A stretch of DNA of 31,538 bases from Candidatus Zixiibacteriota bacterium (GTDB lineage: Bacteria > RBG-13-66-14 > B26-G2 > WVWN01): assembly GCA_050117845.1 (NCBI GenBank), contig JASFLY010000030.1:1-31538 (forward strand), read 5' to 3'. A program made the position numbers and the translations under genes. Below, piece after piece: positions 1-9,582 of this stretch (positions are counted from its first letter, which is position 1; each line of letters starts with the position of its first letter). The notes below the pieces were generated by a model, which saw only the letters and a program-made list of their open reading frames with translations, ran no database searches and was not told where the DNA came from.

Positions 1-22
1 CATTTTTCGTCGGGTCGCTCGG

Positions 23-1105
23 TTATTTCAATTTCTTCCAACGCTCCGCCAGCGCTACGAACGCCTCCTCGCTGCGCTTCATGTTGTCGCGCCACAGGCC
101 CTTCTCGAGTACGACGTTGCGGTTGACCTCCCGGGCGCGTTCGCGCCGCGCCGGGTCGCGGGCGGCCTCGATTATCCCCCGCGCCAGCGCCGCCGCGTCG
201 TCCAGCGGGACCGCGAGGCCCTGGGCGCCGGCGTCGAACCACTGCCGCGTCGCCGGAATGTCCGCCACCACCGGATAGGCCCCCGCCGCCATCGCCTCCA
301 GCACCGAGATGTTGGCGCCGTCGGAACGCGACGTCGTAATAAATATGTCGGCGTCGCGGAGGCGGGCCGCCACGTCCGGGAGCGGCATCGAGCCGAGGAA
401 GGAGACGCGCTTGGCCAGGCCCATGTCCCGTACCTGCGCCTCTATTTTCGGCCGGAGGACGCCGTCGGAGAGGAACTCGAGGCGGGCCTTCGGGAGCGTC
501 GCGAAGACCTCCGGCAAGGCCGCCAGGAGCTGCTCGAAATTGTACACCGGCTTGAAGTGGCGCGTGTGAATCAGGACGACCTCGTCGGCGGGGCGGGGAG
601 GCCTGTCGGTCATCGTAAATATGTCCGCGTCGACGCCGAAGTGATTCACGACCACCTTGCCGCGGTCGCCGCCCAGCGCGACGATGCGTTCGGTCATATG
701 GTCCGCCATCGACGTGATGAGGTCGGCGCGTTTCAGGACGAACTCGATACGCTTGCGGTGGAGCCAGGACCAGCCTGGCTCGAGCAGTACGTCCGTCCCC
801 CAGGCCGAGGCCGCGACCGGCCTCACGCCGCACAACACGCCGAGCGGCCCGTACGAGCCGAGTTCCTGCGCCGATACGATATCCGGCTTTATCTGCCGGG
901 TCAGCTTGCGAACGGTGCCGACGTGGGCCAGATACTTCAACATAAAGGTGCGAGGGAGATTACTCTGAATAAAATAAGTATTCCCCGGCACCGGCCTACC
1001 GCCCTCGAACGTAATAAGGTGGGTCTCGTGGCCGGCGTCGTGGAAGTACTCCACCCAGCGGTGGGTGTGGTTGAGCGAGAGGTCGGATAAGAAGAGTATC
1101 CTCAT
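23..1105 (-). CDS. Glycosyltransferase family 4 (GT-B) protein
   Basis: Starts MRILFLSD; has AWGTDV and the GT4 signature 'ADIFITTSRSDGANISVLEAMAAG'. Start moved from 1177 to the ATG at 1105, which overlaps the nth stop (ATGA). Confidence 0.9.
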   Translation of the reverse strand: MRILFLSDLSLNHTHRWVEYFHDAGHETHLITFEGGRPVPGNTYFIQSNLPRTFMLKYLAHVGTVRKLTRQIKPDIVSAQELGSYGPLGVLCGVRPVAASAWGTDVLLEPGWSWLHRKRIEFVLKRADLITSMADHMTERIVALGGDRGKVVVNHFGVDADIFTMTDRPPRPADEVVLIHTRHFKPVYNFEQLLAALPEVFATLPKARLEFLSDGVLRPKIEAQVRDMGLAKRVSFLGSMPLPDVAARLRDADIFITTSRSDGANISVLEAMAAGAYPVVADIPATRQWFDAGAQGLAVPLDDAAALARGIIEAARDPARRERAREVNRNVVLEKGLWRDNMKRSEEAFVALAERWKKLK

Positions 1106-1776
1106 GCGAACCGGTCCCGGGAGGGGCAGTGGGCCGCGACGACGCACTCGCCGCATCCGGGCCGCCGGGGGTGGCATACTTGCCGGCCGTGGCGGATGAG
1201 GTTGATGTGCAGATCGCGCGCCCGGCCCGGCGGGCAGTACTCGTCCCAGAAGGCGTGAGCGGCGCGGGCGTCGCCCTTGGCCGGGATGAAGCCCAGGCGG
1301 CGCGTCAGCCGCAGTATGTGCGTGTCCACCGGGAAGATATCCATGTCGAAGGAGAAGAGGAGGACGACGCGGGCCGTCTTGGCGCCGACGCCCGGCAGGC
1401 TCGTGAGCCAGCCTTCCGCCTCTCTCGGGTCCATTTTCTTCAGGAATGACAAATCCGTATCGCCCCGTTGCTTGAGGACCTCGCGCGTTATCTCTTTCAG
1501 ATAGCGGGCCTTGACCCGCTCCAGGCCGCCCAGGCGGATGCGCGACGCTATGGTCCGTACGTTCGCCGTCGCGAGGGCCGCGAGGTCCGGGAAGCGTTCT
1601 TGCAGCGAAGCGAAGGTCCGCTCGCTGTTCACGTCGGTGGTGTTCTGGCTCAGGACCGTCTGGACCAGTTCGTCGAACGGCGGCCTCCGCACGCGCCGCA
1701 CGGGGCCGTACTCCTCGGCGAGTAGCCGCGTTATCTCGACGACGCGGCGATTAACGTTTTCGGCCTTCTCAGCCAC
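1102..1776 (-). CDS. nth: Endonuclease III (HhH-GPD DNA glycosylase with [4Fe-4S] loop)
   Basis: LSQNTTD, HhH motif LPGVGAKTA, VDTH, and C-x6-C-x2-C-x5-C (CHPRRPGCGECVVAAHC). Likely start is the GTG at 1776, 7 nt after a -10 box. Confidence 0.9.
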   Translation of the reverse strand: MAEKAENVNRRVVEITRLLAEEYGPVRRVRRPPFDELVQTVLSQNTTDVNSERTFASLQERFPDLAALATANVRTIASRIRLGGLERVKARYLKEITREVLKQRGDTDLSFLKKMDPREAEGWLTSLPGVGAKTARVVLLFSFDMDIFPVDTHILRLTRRLGFIPAKGDARAAHAFWDEYCPPGRARDLHINLIRHGRQVCHPRRPGCGECVVAAHCPSRDRFA

Positions 1777-1783
1777 GGCCGCG

Positions 1784-1812
1784 ATAATAACATAAGCGCG
1801 GCTCGCCGCCAA
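1784..1812 (-). promoter_or_regulatory. sigma70-type promoter for nth, probably leaderless
   Basis: Minus strand reads TTGGCG-N17-TATTAT with an extended -10 TG, then 7 nt to the GTG. Confidence 0.6.
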
Positions 1813-1904
1813 CGGCCCGGCGGGCATAAAGCCCGCCGCTTCTTTGTAATTAATTGATTACCGGAATGATTATACAAATTTGACTTTCGCCCGGCGCCGG
1901 GGCC

Positions 1905-1913
1905 TGTTATCAT
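1905..1913 (+). promoter_or_regulatory. Extended -10 promoter element
   Basis: TGTTATCAT 9 nt upstream of ATG 1923; no SD sequence. Confidence 0.4.
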
Positions 1914-1922
1914 ACCCGCCGT

Positions 1923-4457
1923 ATGAGTCCTTCCCGACGCTTTCCTTTCGGGCCTTTTGTTATACTGCTGTTCTTCGTCTCCGGCGCCGCCGGCCTCGTC
2001 TACGAGGTTGTGTGGATGCAGATGCTGGCCGTTACGCTGGGCGGGACGGCCCCCGCGGTGGCGGCGGTCCTCGCGGCCTTCATGGGTGGCCTGGCCGTCG
2101 GCAGCGCCGTTGGCGGCCGGCTGGTGGATCGCTTCCGCCGGCCGCTCGTCTGGTACGCCGGCCTGGAATTATTCGTAGGCCTTTACGCCTTCGCGTTTCC
2201 CCTAATTTACCGCGCCGCGGACGGCCTGTACTTCGCGGCCTACGACCCGGCCGCGAGCGGCGTCCTGCACCTGTTGCGCTTCGGCGTGGCGTGCCTGCTC
2301 TTGCTGGCCCCCACGGCGGCCATGGGGGCGACGACGCCTGCCGTGGTAGCGGCGTTGCGGGAAGCCGGAGGCGGGACGTCGCGGTCCTTCTCGGGGGCGT
2401 ACGCGGCCAACGCGGTGGGGGCGGCTACGGGCGTACTGGTCGGCGGGTTCTGGCTCTTGTGGACGGCGGGCGCGAGCCTGACGCTCAAGGTAACCGCCGG
2501 CGCGAACCTGGCGGTGGCGCTGGCGGCGTTCCTCCTGGCGCGGCGGCTCCCCGCCCGGCCGGACGAACCGGTCCCGGATGAGGACGCGACCCCCGGGCCG
2601 CCGTCGTGGCGGGCGTGGGCGGCGGCTTTCGTGGCGGGCGGCGCGGCCCTCGCGGCCCAGGTCTTCTGGACTCGTACGCTCGCGAACATCCTCGGCTCGG
2701 CCACGTACGCCTTCGCCGCGATGCTCGCCGTCATCCTGTTGGCCATAGCGGCCGGCGCGTTGCTCCACCGGCGCGTGGGGCCCCGGGTGGGCGGGGCCGG
2801 GTGGTTCTACGGCGCCGGCTGTCTGGCGGCCGGGGCGAGCCTGGCGCTCAGCATCCTGGCCTTGCGGTACGCGCCCTATCTCTTCATCCGGGCGTACGGC
2901 GCGGCCGGCGGCGGTTTCGGCGTGGCCTTGGCGCTTGTCTTCGCCGTGGCCTGCGCGGTGCTGTTCCTGCCGTCCTTTTTTCTGGGGATAATACTGCCGA
3001 TAACGGTGGCCGCCGCGCGGCGTCGGGCCGCCGGGTCGCGGGTCGGCTATCTCTACGCCGCGAACACTGCCGGCGCTATCGTCGGCAGCCTGGCCGGAAC
3101 GTTCGCGCTTTTGACCTTGCTCGGGCCGGTGGGGGGCCTGCGGGCCATCGCGATCGTCGCGGCCGCGGCGGCCTTCATCCTGGGCCTGTCGCGGAAGCGG
3201 GCCGCCTGGTTCGGCGCCGTCGCGGCGGCGGTCGTCGTGGCGGCGCTCGTCGTCCCCGGCCCCGACCGGCACACTTTGGCCCTCGGCGCCGGCATCAGCC
3301 CTGAATATTATCTGGACGAATACGGCCGGCCGGACTTCTCGGACGTCGCGGCGGAGGAACTCCTGTTCTACGAGGAGAGCGTGGACTCTTCGGTGGCCGT
3401 GGTGGCGTACGGGCCGGTGCGGTCCCTCAAGATAAACGGGAAGACGGTCGCCTCCAGCAACTACGACGACGTGCGCGTGGAGCGCGAGCTGGGGCGGTTG
3501 CCGCTGGCCGCCCGGCCGGGGGCGAAGGACGTCCTCGTCATCGGCCTCGGGACCGGCATCACGCTCGGCGGCGTGGCCGAGGACCGCTCGCTCGATAGCG
3601 TCGTATGCGTGGAGATAAACCCCTCGGTCCCCGCGGCCTCCCGCTACTTCGACGCGTGGAGCCGGGCCCCGCTCGACGACCCCCGCGTCGAGCTCGTACG
3701 CGAGGACGGCCGCTCCTTCGTCCTCGGCACGAAGCGGCGCTTCGACGTCATCACCTCCGACCCCATCCACCCCTGGACCAAGGGCTCGTCCTCCCTCTTC
3801 ACGGTCGAGCACTTCCGCAACTGCGCCCGGATCCTCCGGCCCGGCGGCGTCATGGCGCAGTGGCTGCCTTTGTACCAACTCTCGCAGGACGACTATCGGA
3901 CGGCTATAAGCTCCTTCGCCGCGGCCTTCCCCCGGGTGGAACTCTACTACACCGGCCGGGACACCGTACTGCTCGGTTACCTGTCGCCGGGGGAGCCGGT
4001 CGAACGGGCGCGGCCCTACCTCGTCGCCGCGGGCGCGGCGCTGGACGACCTCGTGGCCGGCGCGACGCCCAACACCGAGGACAGGCTGACGCTCGAGTAC
4101 ACGGCGCCGCGGTCGCTTTACGAAAAGACCGAGGGGCCGAATCTGGAGATACTCCTGGCCGGACGGTCCGAGACCGACGACCCGGCCTACGAGGCCGTGA
4201 CCTATCTCATCGCCGGCCGCCGCGCCTACCTCGCCGGCGACGACGCCGAGGCCGAGGTATATTATGAGTGCGGCCTGGCCCTCTGGCCGGATAATACGGA
4301 CCTCCGGCAGGGTTTGGCCGACGTCTATTTCGAGTGGGGAATCGCGGCCGCGGACACGGGGGACCGCGACGAGGCGCGGGAGATGTTCGAACGCGTCCTC
4401 GTCCTCACGCCCGGCGACGCGGCGGCGCGGGCGAACGTCGAGGCGTTGGGAGGGTAG
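1923..4457 (+). CDS. Fused MFS-like membrane domain / spermidine synthase-like protein with C-terminal TPR
   Basis: N-terminal 'FFVSGAAGLVYEVVW', repeated Y-A-A-N-x-x-G-A motifs and many TM helices; SAM-fold motifs VLVIGLGTGIT, VEINP, EDGR, FDVITSDP, QWLP; TPR-like tail. Confidence 0.88.
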   Translation: MSPSRRFPFGPFVILLFFVSGAAGLVYEVVWMQMLAVTLGGTAPAVAAVLAAFMGGLAVGSAVGGRLVDRFRRPLVWYAGLELFVGLYAFAFPLIYRAADGLYFAAYDPAASGVLHLLRFGVACLLLLAPTAAMGATTPAVVAALREAGGGTSRSFSGAYAANAVGAATGVLVGGFWLLWTAGASLTLKVTAGANLAVALAAFLLARRLPARPDEPVPDEDATPGPPSWRAWAAAFVAGGAALAAQVFWTRTLANILGSATYAFAAMLAVILLAIAAGALLHRRVGPRVGGAGWFYGAGCLAAGASLALSILALRYAPYLFIRAYGAAGGGFGVALALVFAVACAVLFLPSFFLGIILPITVAAARRRAAGSRVGYLYAANTAGAIVGSLAGTFALLTLLGPVGGLRAIAIVAAAAAFILGLSRKRAAWFGAVAAAVVVAALVVPGPDRHTLALGAGISPEYYLDEYGRPDFSDVAAEELLFYEESVDSSVAVVAYGPVRSLKINGKTVASSNYDDVRVERELGRLPLAARPGAKDVLVIGLGTGITLGGVAEDRSLDSVVCVEINPSVPAASRYFDAWSRAPLDDPRVELVREDGRSFVLGTKRRFDVITSDPIHPWTKGSSSLFTVEHFRNCARILRPGGVMAQWLPLYQLSQDDYRTAISSFAAAFPRVELYYTGRDTVLLGYLSPGEPVERARPYLVAAGAALDDLVAGATPNTEDRLTLEYTAPRSLYEKTEGPNLEILLAGRSETDDPAYEAVTYLIAGRRAYLAGDDAEAEVYYECGLALWPDNTDLRQGLADVYFEWGIAAADTGDRDEAREMFERVLVLTPGDAAARANVEALGG

Positions 4458-4459
4458 AT

Positions 4460-5782
4460 ATGTGGCCCTGGCTCAGTAGAAATTTCGTCTACCGGCCCAT
4501 CAGCTTCTATCGCGGCGAGCGGGCCCTGCGTTACCTCGCCGAATGCCGGCCCCGGCAATGGTGGCCGCCGGAGGACCTGGAACGTTACCGGCTCGAGCGG
4601 CTCGGCGAACTGGCGCGGCACGCCGCGGCGACCGTCCCTTATTACCGTAATATTCCGGGTCTTAGGGCTACGGATTTCGGAGGGGCGGACGTCGCCGATA
4701 TCTTGTCGAAATTCCCCGTGGTCGACAAGCAACTGGTCAAGAGCGAGGGCGGCGCGTTCGTCGCGGAGAACTTCCCGGGGCGCGTGTATCGTATTACCAC
4801 CGGCGGTTCGACCGGCGAGCCCCTGACCCTCGTTGAGGAGGGCCGGGCTTCCGGCGAGCGGCGCGGCTCCTATTACCGTTTCCTGGAATGGTGGGGTATA
4901 CGGCCGGGGGACAAACAGGCGCGCTTCTGGGGCGTACCGCTCGACGAGCGGGCCCGCCGGCGGGAGCGACTCAAGGACGCGTTGATGAACCGGCACCGCT
5001 TCTCGGCCTTCGACGTGACGCCGGAGGCCGTGTCGGCCTTCTGGAAGAAGATGCTCCGCTTCCGGCCGTCCTACGTGTACGGATTCGCGTCCACGATACT
5101 GGATTTCGTCGAGGCGCTGGGGGAAACGGGGCAGGACGGCCGCGCCCTCGGCCTTAAGGCCGCGGTCCTCACCGCCGAAACGGTGTACGACCGCCAACGC
5201 AGCGCCATATCGGATTTCTTCGGCGCCCCCGCCGTGAACGAGTACGGCTGCGGCGAGGTGGGCATAATCGCCTTCGAGTGCCGCGAGGGGCGGATGCACC
5301 TGAACGCGGATTATATAATCCTCGAGCAGGTGGACGGCGTGGCCGTAATCACCGATTTGAAGGGATTCGCCCAGCCGCTGATACGTTACCGTTTGGGAGA
5401 TTTGATTATAGAGGACGACCGGGGCCCCTGCCCGTGCGGCTGCACCTTTCCAACCATCAAGGCCGTCGCCGGCCGGGAGACGGATCGCTTCGACCTGGGG
5501 GAAGGGCGATATTCCCATCCCCAATCGTTGAACTACGTCTTCCAGGATTTCAAGGCGTTGGGCCGCGGCATCGCCCGCTTCAAGGTTATCCAGAATCGGG
5601 ACGGGGGGGCGGTTACGGTTCTTATTCAACCCTCGGCCGAGTGGCGGGACGAGTACGGCGACGAGATAAGCGCCGTCTTGCGCGAGCGGTTGGGCTATAC
5701 GGGAGTAATAAAGGTGGAAGTCGTGCCGGAAATTCCTCGCGACCCTTCGGGGAAGCTACGGTACTTTGTGAGGGAGCATTAA
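4460..5782 (+). CDS. Phenylacetate-CoA ligase family (CapK-like) adenylate-forming protein
   Basis: TTGGSTGEP loop, NEYGCGE, PLIRYRLGD, GR-x-D, C-terminal SGKLR. Start moved to ATG 4460, just after the upstream stop. Confidence 0.88.
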   Translation: MWPWLSRNFVYRPISFYRGERALRYLAECRPRQWWPPEDLERYRLERLGELARHAAATVPYYRNIPGLRATDFGGADVADILSKFPVVDKQLVKSEGGAFVAENFPGRVYRITTGGSTGEPLTLVEEGRASGERRGSYYRFLEWWGIRPGDKQARFWGVPLDERARRRERLKDALMNRHRFSAFDVTPEAVSAFWKKMLRFRPSYVYGFASTILDFVEALGETGQDGRALGLKAAVLTAETVYDRQRSAISDFFGAPAVNEYGCGEVGIIAFECREGRMHLNADYIILEQVDGVAVITDLKGFAQPLIRYRLGDLIIEDDRGPCPCGCTFPTIKAVAGRETDRFDLGEGRYSHPQSLNYVFQDFKALGRGIARFKVIQNRDGGAVTVLIQPSAEWRDEYGDEISAVLRERLGYTGVIKVEVVPEIPRDPSGKLRYFVREH

Positions 5783-6840
5783 ACGGCGTTTCCCCGAACG
5801 GCCTCTAAGATTAAGTCTAGGTAGCCCGGATTTTCGTACGGCCAATAAAAAGCGGTAACGCTCCGGGCGGCGCGGTCCACGACGGCCGCCGTCGCGGCCG
5901 GGTCGGTGTGAACGCGGATGATGTTGCGGGCGAAGGAGTCGACGTCCCCGGGAGGGGAGAGGTAGCCCGTTACGCCGTCTTCGACCAGATAGGGGAGGCC
6001 GCCGACGCGGAACGCCACGACGGGAGTCCCGCACAACATCGCTTCGATGACGCTGTTCGGGTGATTATCGAAACGGGCGGGGTTGACGGCCACGGTGGCT
6101 TTCCGGTAGTGGGCCGCGATTTCGGGGGGCGACAGGCGGCCGTGGAAATGGACTGCTCCCGGGGCGGCGCGTTCCGCCGCGGCCTCGAGTTTTTCCCGGA
6201 GCGACCCGTCGCCGGCGATGTGGAGTTGGGCTTCCGGGAGGGCCTTTCTCACTTCGGCGAAGGCCGCAATCGCGAGGTCGACGCCGTAAATGGCCTCCAG
6301 GTTCCGGGCGACGAAGAGAGACGCTTTGCCCGGCGGGGCCGCGTCGTTCCGGTAAAATAGCTTGTCGTCGATGACGTCCGGGATGACGTGCGCCCGCACC
6401 CCCAGTCCGTCGAACACCGTCCGGAGGAATTCGCCGGGGACGATGACGGCCCGGGCCATCCGGGAACAGGGCCGGACGAGCCATCCCCAGGTGCGGAAGA
6501 AGGAAGGGGCCGCGCCCCCTTTGTACATCAGCGCGGCGGGAACGCGGTAGCGCCGGGCCGCGAGGAGGGGCACCGCCGAGAAGGCGAAGAACGACGCGTA
6601 CGAGCCGGCGAAGACGAGCGCCAGGTCCGCGCCCCGCAAGCGCCCAAGGTCCGACAGGAGGTGACGAAAGCGCCGCCAACGAGGCTTGCGGCGGCCGAAA
6701 GGGTTCGTGTTTATTCGCACGACCTCGGCGCCTTCGCGGGCCAGTATCTCCGCGAGCATCTCCGCCTGACGGGGCATCCCGCCGGGGGGCGGCGGGAAAG
6801 CGGCGACTATCGCGACTTTGGTTTTTCCGGTGCGTTCCAA
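5779..6840 (-). CDS. Glycosyltransferase family 4 protein
   Basis: PPPPGG N-terminal motif, ARNLEAIYG, DNHPNSVIEAMLCG, VGGLPYLVEDG; TTG start preceded by AAGGA. Confidence 0.9.
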   Translation of the reverse strand: MERTGKTKVAIVAAFPPPPGGMPRQAEMLAEILAREGAEVVRINTNPFGRRKPRWRRFRHLLSDLGRLRGADLALVFAGSYASFFAFSAVPLLAARRYRVPAALMYKGGAAPSFFRTWGWLVRPCSRMARAVIVPGEFLRTVFDGLGVRAHVIPDVIDDKLFYRNDAAPPGKASLFVARNLEAIYGVDLAIAAFAEVRKALPEAQLHIAGDGSLREKLEAAAERAAPGAVHFHGRLSPPEIAAHYRKATVAVNPARFDNHPNSVIEAMLCGTPVVAFRVGGLPYLVEDGVTGYLSPPGDVDSFARNIIRVHTDPAATAAVVDRAARSVTAFYWPYENPGYLDLILEAVRGNAV

Positions 6841-6876
6841 ATTAATCCTTGCAATTTAGGGCGATTTAACCTAATC

Positions 6877-6905
6877 ATTTTATAAGCTAATAAGCGAAAA
6901 GTCAA
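6877..6905 (-). promoter_or_regulatory. sigma70 promoter for the GT4 gene
   Basis: Minus strand TTGACT-N17-TAAAAT in an AT-rich divergent intergenic region. Confidence 0.7.
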
Positions 6906-6931
6906 ATACTGCCGGTTCGCCGGCCGCCATT

Positions 6932-7954
6932 ATGCGTTTTCGGGCATTAATAATACTAGCGTTCGCCCTCGCGGCGGCCGCGGCCCCGTCCTTCGGCACC
7001 TGGTTCGACGACGAGGATTGGCTGGCCGCGGTCACCTATTACCAGGGCGAGGACGCCATCTACCTGGATACCACCGGGAAGCTCCCGCCCCAGGTCAAGA
7101 TCCTCGCCGGGACCGACCCCACGTTCGTCGTTTTCGAACTCGCCGACGTCCGCGTTAATCCCCGCGTTTATACCCTCTCGCCGCGCGACGGCGTGGTTAA
7201 CAACATCCGCCTCGAGGAACTGAAGGAGCGGGGCCGCCGCCGGGTCGAGGTGACTGTCGAACTCGCCGAGCCGTTCAGGTATGATATCGAGCGCCGCCAG
7301 GTCGAAAGCGGCGTCTCCCAGGTCATCCTCCGCCTCACCGACGTTAACGTCAAACGCGTCGAGGCCGGGGGCAAGGACGACGTACGGCTCTACGCCCGGC
7401 CCTCCTCCGACGCCGAGGTCGTGGGGGCCGTTTCCTACTACGCCCACGTGGAGGTGCTCGACTACGCCGACGAGATGTACCTGGTGCGGACGCCCGAGGG
7501 CGTGAGCGGGTGGGTCTCCGAGAAGAACGTCAAGATAGAGGGAGACAATCCCTTCAAAGAACGGGTACCCCCGGCCTCTGGGGTTCGCAGCGAGATTATC
7601 GCGACCGCTCGCAAGTACCTCGGCGTGCCGTACGTCTGGGGCGGGACCTCTCCCGACGGCTTCGATTGCTCCGGCCTGGTCCAGACCGTCTTCTCCGAGA
7701 ACGGCATCCAGCTTCCCCGCGGTTCGGGGGACCAGTACCGGGAAGGCAAGAAAATCTCCGAGAAGAAGATGGAGCCCGGCGACCTCGTCTTCTTCCACAC
7801 CTACACCTCCGGCCCCTCGCACGTCGGCATTTACGTCGGCGAAGGGAAGTTCCTGCACGCCGAGTCGTCGCCCCGCGGCGTAACGATAACCGGCCTGGAC
7901 GAGCCCTACTGGAAAGACCGCATCCTCGGCGCCCGGACCTGGATTCCCGAGTAA
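6932..7954 (+). CDS. Secreted NlpC/P60 (C40) peptidoglycan endopeptidase with AMIN-like and SH3b domains
   Basis: Signal peptide; SH3b-like 'VRTPEGVSGWVS'; catalytic domain 'YLGVPYVWGG...FDCSG...GDLVFF...SHVGIY...FLHA'. Confidence 0.92.
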   Translation: MRFRALIILAFALAAAAAPSFGTWFDDEDWLAAVTYYQGEDAIYLDTTGKLPPQVKILAGTDPTFVVFELADVRVNPRVYTLSPRDGVVNNIRLEELKERGRRRVEVTVELAEPFRYDIERRQVESGVSQVILRLTDVNVKRVEAGGKDDVRLYARPSSDAEVVGAVSYYAHVEVLDYADEMYLVRTPEGVSGWVSEKNVKIEGDNPFKERVPPASGVRSEIIATARKYLGVPYVWGGTSPDGFDCSGLVQTVFSENGIQLPRGSGDQYREGKKISEKKMEPGDLVFFHTYTSGPSHVGIYVGEGKFLHAESSPRGVTITGLDEPYWKDRILGARTWIPE

Positions 7955-7985
7955 CCCCGGCGCCGGACGCGGCCCGAAATAACGC

Positions 7986-8015
7986 TTGGCGGGAATATTT
8001 CCGCTATGTTATAGT
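7986..8015 (+). promoter_or_regulatory. sigma70-type promoter of the fumarase-beta/transporter operon
   Basis: TTGGCG-N18-TATAGT with an extended -10 TG; same layout as the nth promoter. Confidence 0.6.
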
Positions 8016-8024
8016 GGCGCATTA

Positions 8025-8062
8025 GGCCACTGTGGTGGCCCAGGCTAAGGCCACCTTCTTTT
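8025..8062 (+). promoter_or_regulatory. Candidate leader attenuator (terminator plus competing hairpin)
   Basis: GGTGGCC-caggctaa-GGCCACC-TTCTTTT (8034-8062) competes with GGCCAC-tgtg-GTGGCC (8025-8040). Confidence 0.45.
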
Positions 8063-8085
8063 ATACCGGCGAGGAGGTCCCCGAT

Positions 8086-8640
8086 ATGGCCGTCAAGTTG
8101 ACTATCCCCATCGAAGACCCGGAAGTCGTAAAAAACCTGAAGGCGGGGGAGGAGGTACTCCTCACCGGCAAGATGTACACCGCCCGCGACGCTGCCCACA
8201 AACGGCTCATAGACCTCCTCGATAAGGGCGAATCCCTTCCCATAGATCTCAACGGCGCCTGCGTCTATTACGTCGGCCCGTCGCCGGCCCGGCCCGGCAA
8301 CGTCATCGGCTCCGCCGGCCCGACGACCTCCGGCCGCGTGGACCCCTACACGCCGACGCTCCTCGCCCGGGGCCTCAAGCTCATGATCGGCAAGGGCAAG
8401 CGCAACGACGCCGTCAAGGACGCCATCAAGCAGTACGGCGCCGCCTACCTCGCCGCCACCGGCGGGGCCGCGGCGCTTCTGGCCGACCGTATTAAAGGCG
8501 CCAAGGTCGTGGCCTACGAGGATCTGGGGCCCGAGGCCATCCGCGAACTCGAGGTCGAGGATTTCCCGGCCGTCGTCGTTAACGACGCGTCGGGGGGCGA
8601 CGCCTACGTTGAGGGCGCCAAGAAGTTCAACCGCGAATAA
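8086..8640 (+). CDS. Class I fumarate hydratase / L-tartrate dehydratase beta (C-terminal) subunit
   Basis: TARDAAHKRL, YYVGP, GPTTSGR, IGKG, LGPEA, DFPAVV motifs; GAGGAGG RBS before ATG 8086. Confidence 0.93.
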   Translation: MAVKLTIPIEDPEVVKNLKAGEEVLLTGKMYTARDAAHKRLIDLLDKGESLPIDLNGACVYYVGPSPARPGNVIGSAGPTTSGRVDPYTPTLLARGLKLMIGKGKRNDAVKDAIKQYGAAYLAATGGAAALLADRIKGAKVVAYEDLGPEAIRELEVEDFPAVVVNDASGGDAYVEGAKKFNRE

Positions 8641-9582
8641 ATGGTCGACGACAAGGAAGGAAGCGGCCGGCTTAGCCGCCGCGAGTTTCTGAAGGCCGGG
8701 GCCGCGGCCGGGGCGTTCGCCCTCGTGGCCGGGGCCTTACCCGAAGTCGTCTGGGCCGCCGACGGGACCCGGCCCGACCTTTCCGGTCTGCGGGACCTTA
8801 TCAACCCCTACGACGTGGCCGTGGGGCCCGACGGCGCGACGTACGTCGCCAACGCGGGCCGCTACGGCGTCGTCAAGGTGGCCGGAGGCCGGAGTGCCTA
8901 CCTCGGCGACGGCCCGGGCACCGCGCCCGGCCGCCTCAACTTCCCGATGGGCGTGGACGTGGCGGCCGACGGGGCCGTCTTCGTCGCCGACACCAACAAC
9001 GGCCGGATACAGGTATTCGACGCCGAGGGGGAACTTAGTCGGACCTTCGGGCGCCTCGGCTATCTGGATGGAGAGTTCCTCCGGCCCAAGAGCGTCCGCT
9101 GTTACGACGGCGGCGTGCTGGTGGCCGATACGCGCAACCATCGCATCCAGTACGTCGATTTGAAGAGTTCGCGCCTCGTCTCCGGTGAGCCGGTGACGCG
9201 GGCCATGCTCGGCGGCCTGGGCGAAGACCCGGCCGACCTCAAACTCCCGCGCTACGTCACGGCCGGCCCCGACGGCAACGTGTACGTCGCCGACGCCGGC
9301 CACGCCGTAGTAAAAGTATATAGCCTGAACGACGGCTTCCTGGGAACGCTCGGCGCCGGAGACTTCGCCGAGCCCGCGGGCATCGCCGTCGCGGCGGACG
9401 GCCGCGTATTCGTGGCGGACGCCGGCACGGCGCAGGTTTTCGCGTACGACAATAACGGCCGCAAGGCCGGGGCGGTCTCCGGCTTCAAGGGCCTCAAGGG
9501 GCCGCGCGGCCTGGCGTGGGCGGAGGGGGTCCTGTTGGTCGCGGACCCCAAGGCCGCGACCGTATTCATGGTAGAAGTATGA
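8641..9582 (+). CDS. Tat-exported NHL-repeat beta-propeller protein
   Basis: SRREFLK twin-arginine signal ending in VWA; repeats such as 'NFPMGVDVAADGAVFVADTNNGRIQVFD'. ATG directly follows the upstream TAA. Confidence 0.88.
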   Translation: MVDDKEGSGRLSRREFLKAGAAAGAFALVAGALPEVVWAADGTRPDLSGLRDLINPYDVAVGPDGATYVANAGRYGVVKVAGGRSAYLGDGPGTAPGRLNFPMGVDVAADGAVFVADTNNGRIQVFDAEGELSRTFGRLGYLDGEFLRPKSVRCYDGGVLVADTRNHRIQYVDLKSSRLVSGEPVTRAMLGGLGEDPADLKLPRYVTAGPDGNVYVADAGHAVVKVYSLNDGFLGTLGAGDFAEPAGIAVAADGRVFVADAGTAQVFAYDNNGRKAGAVSGFKGLKGPRGLAWAEGVLLVADPKAATVFMVEV

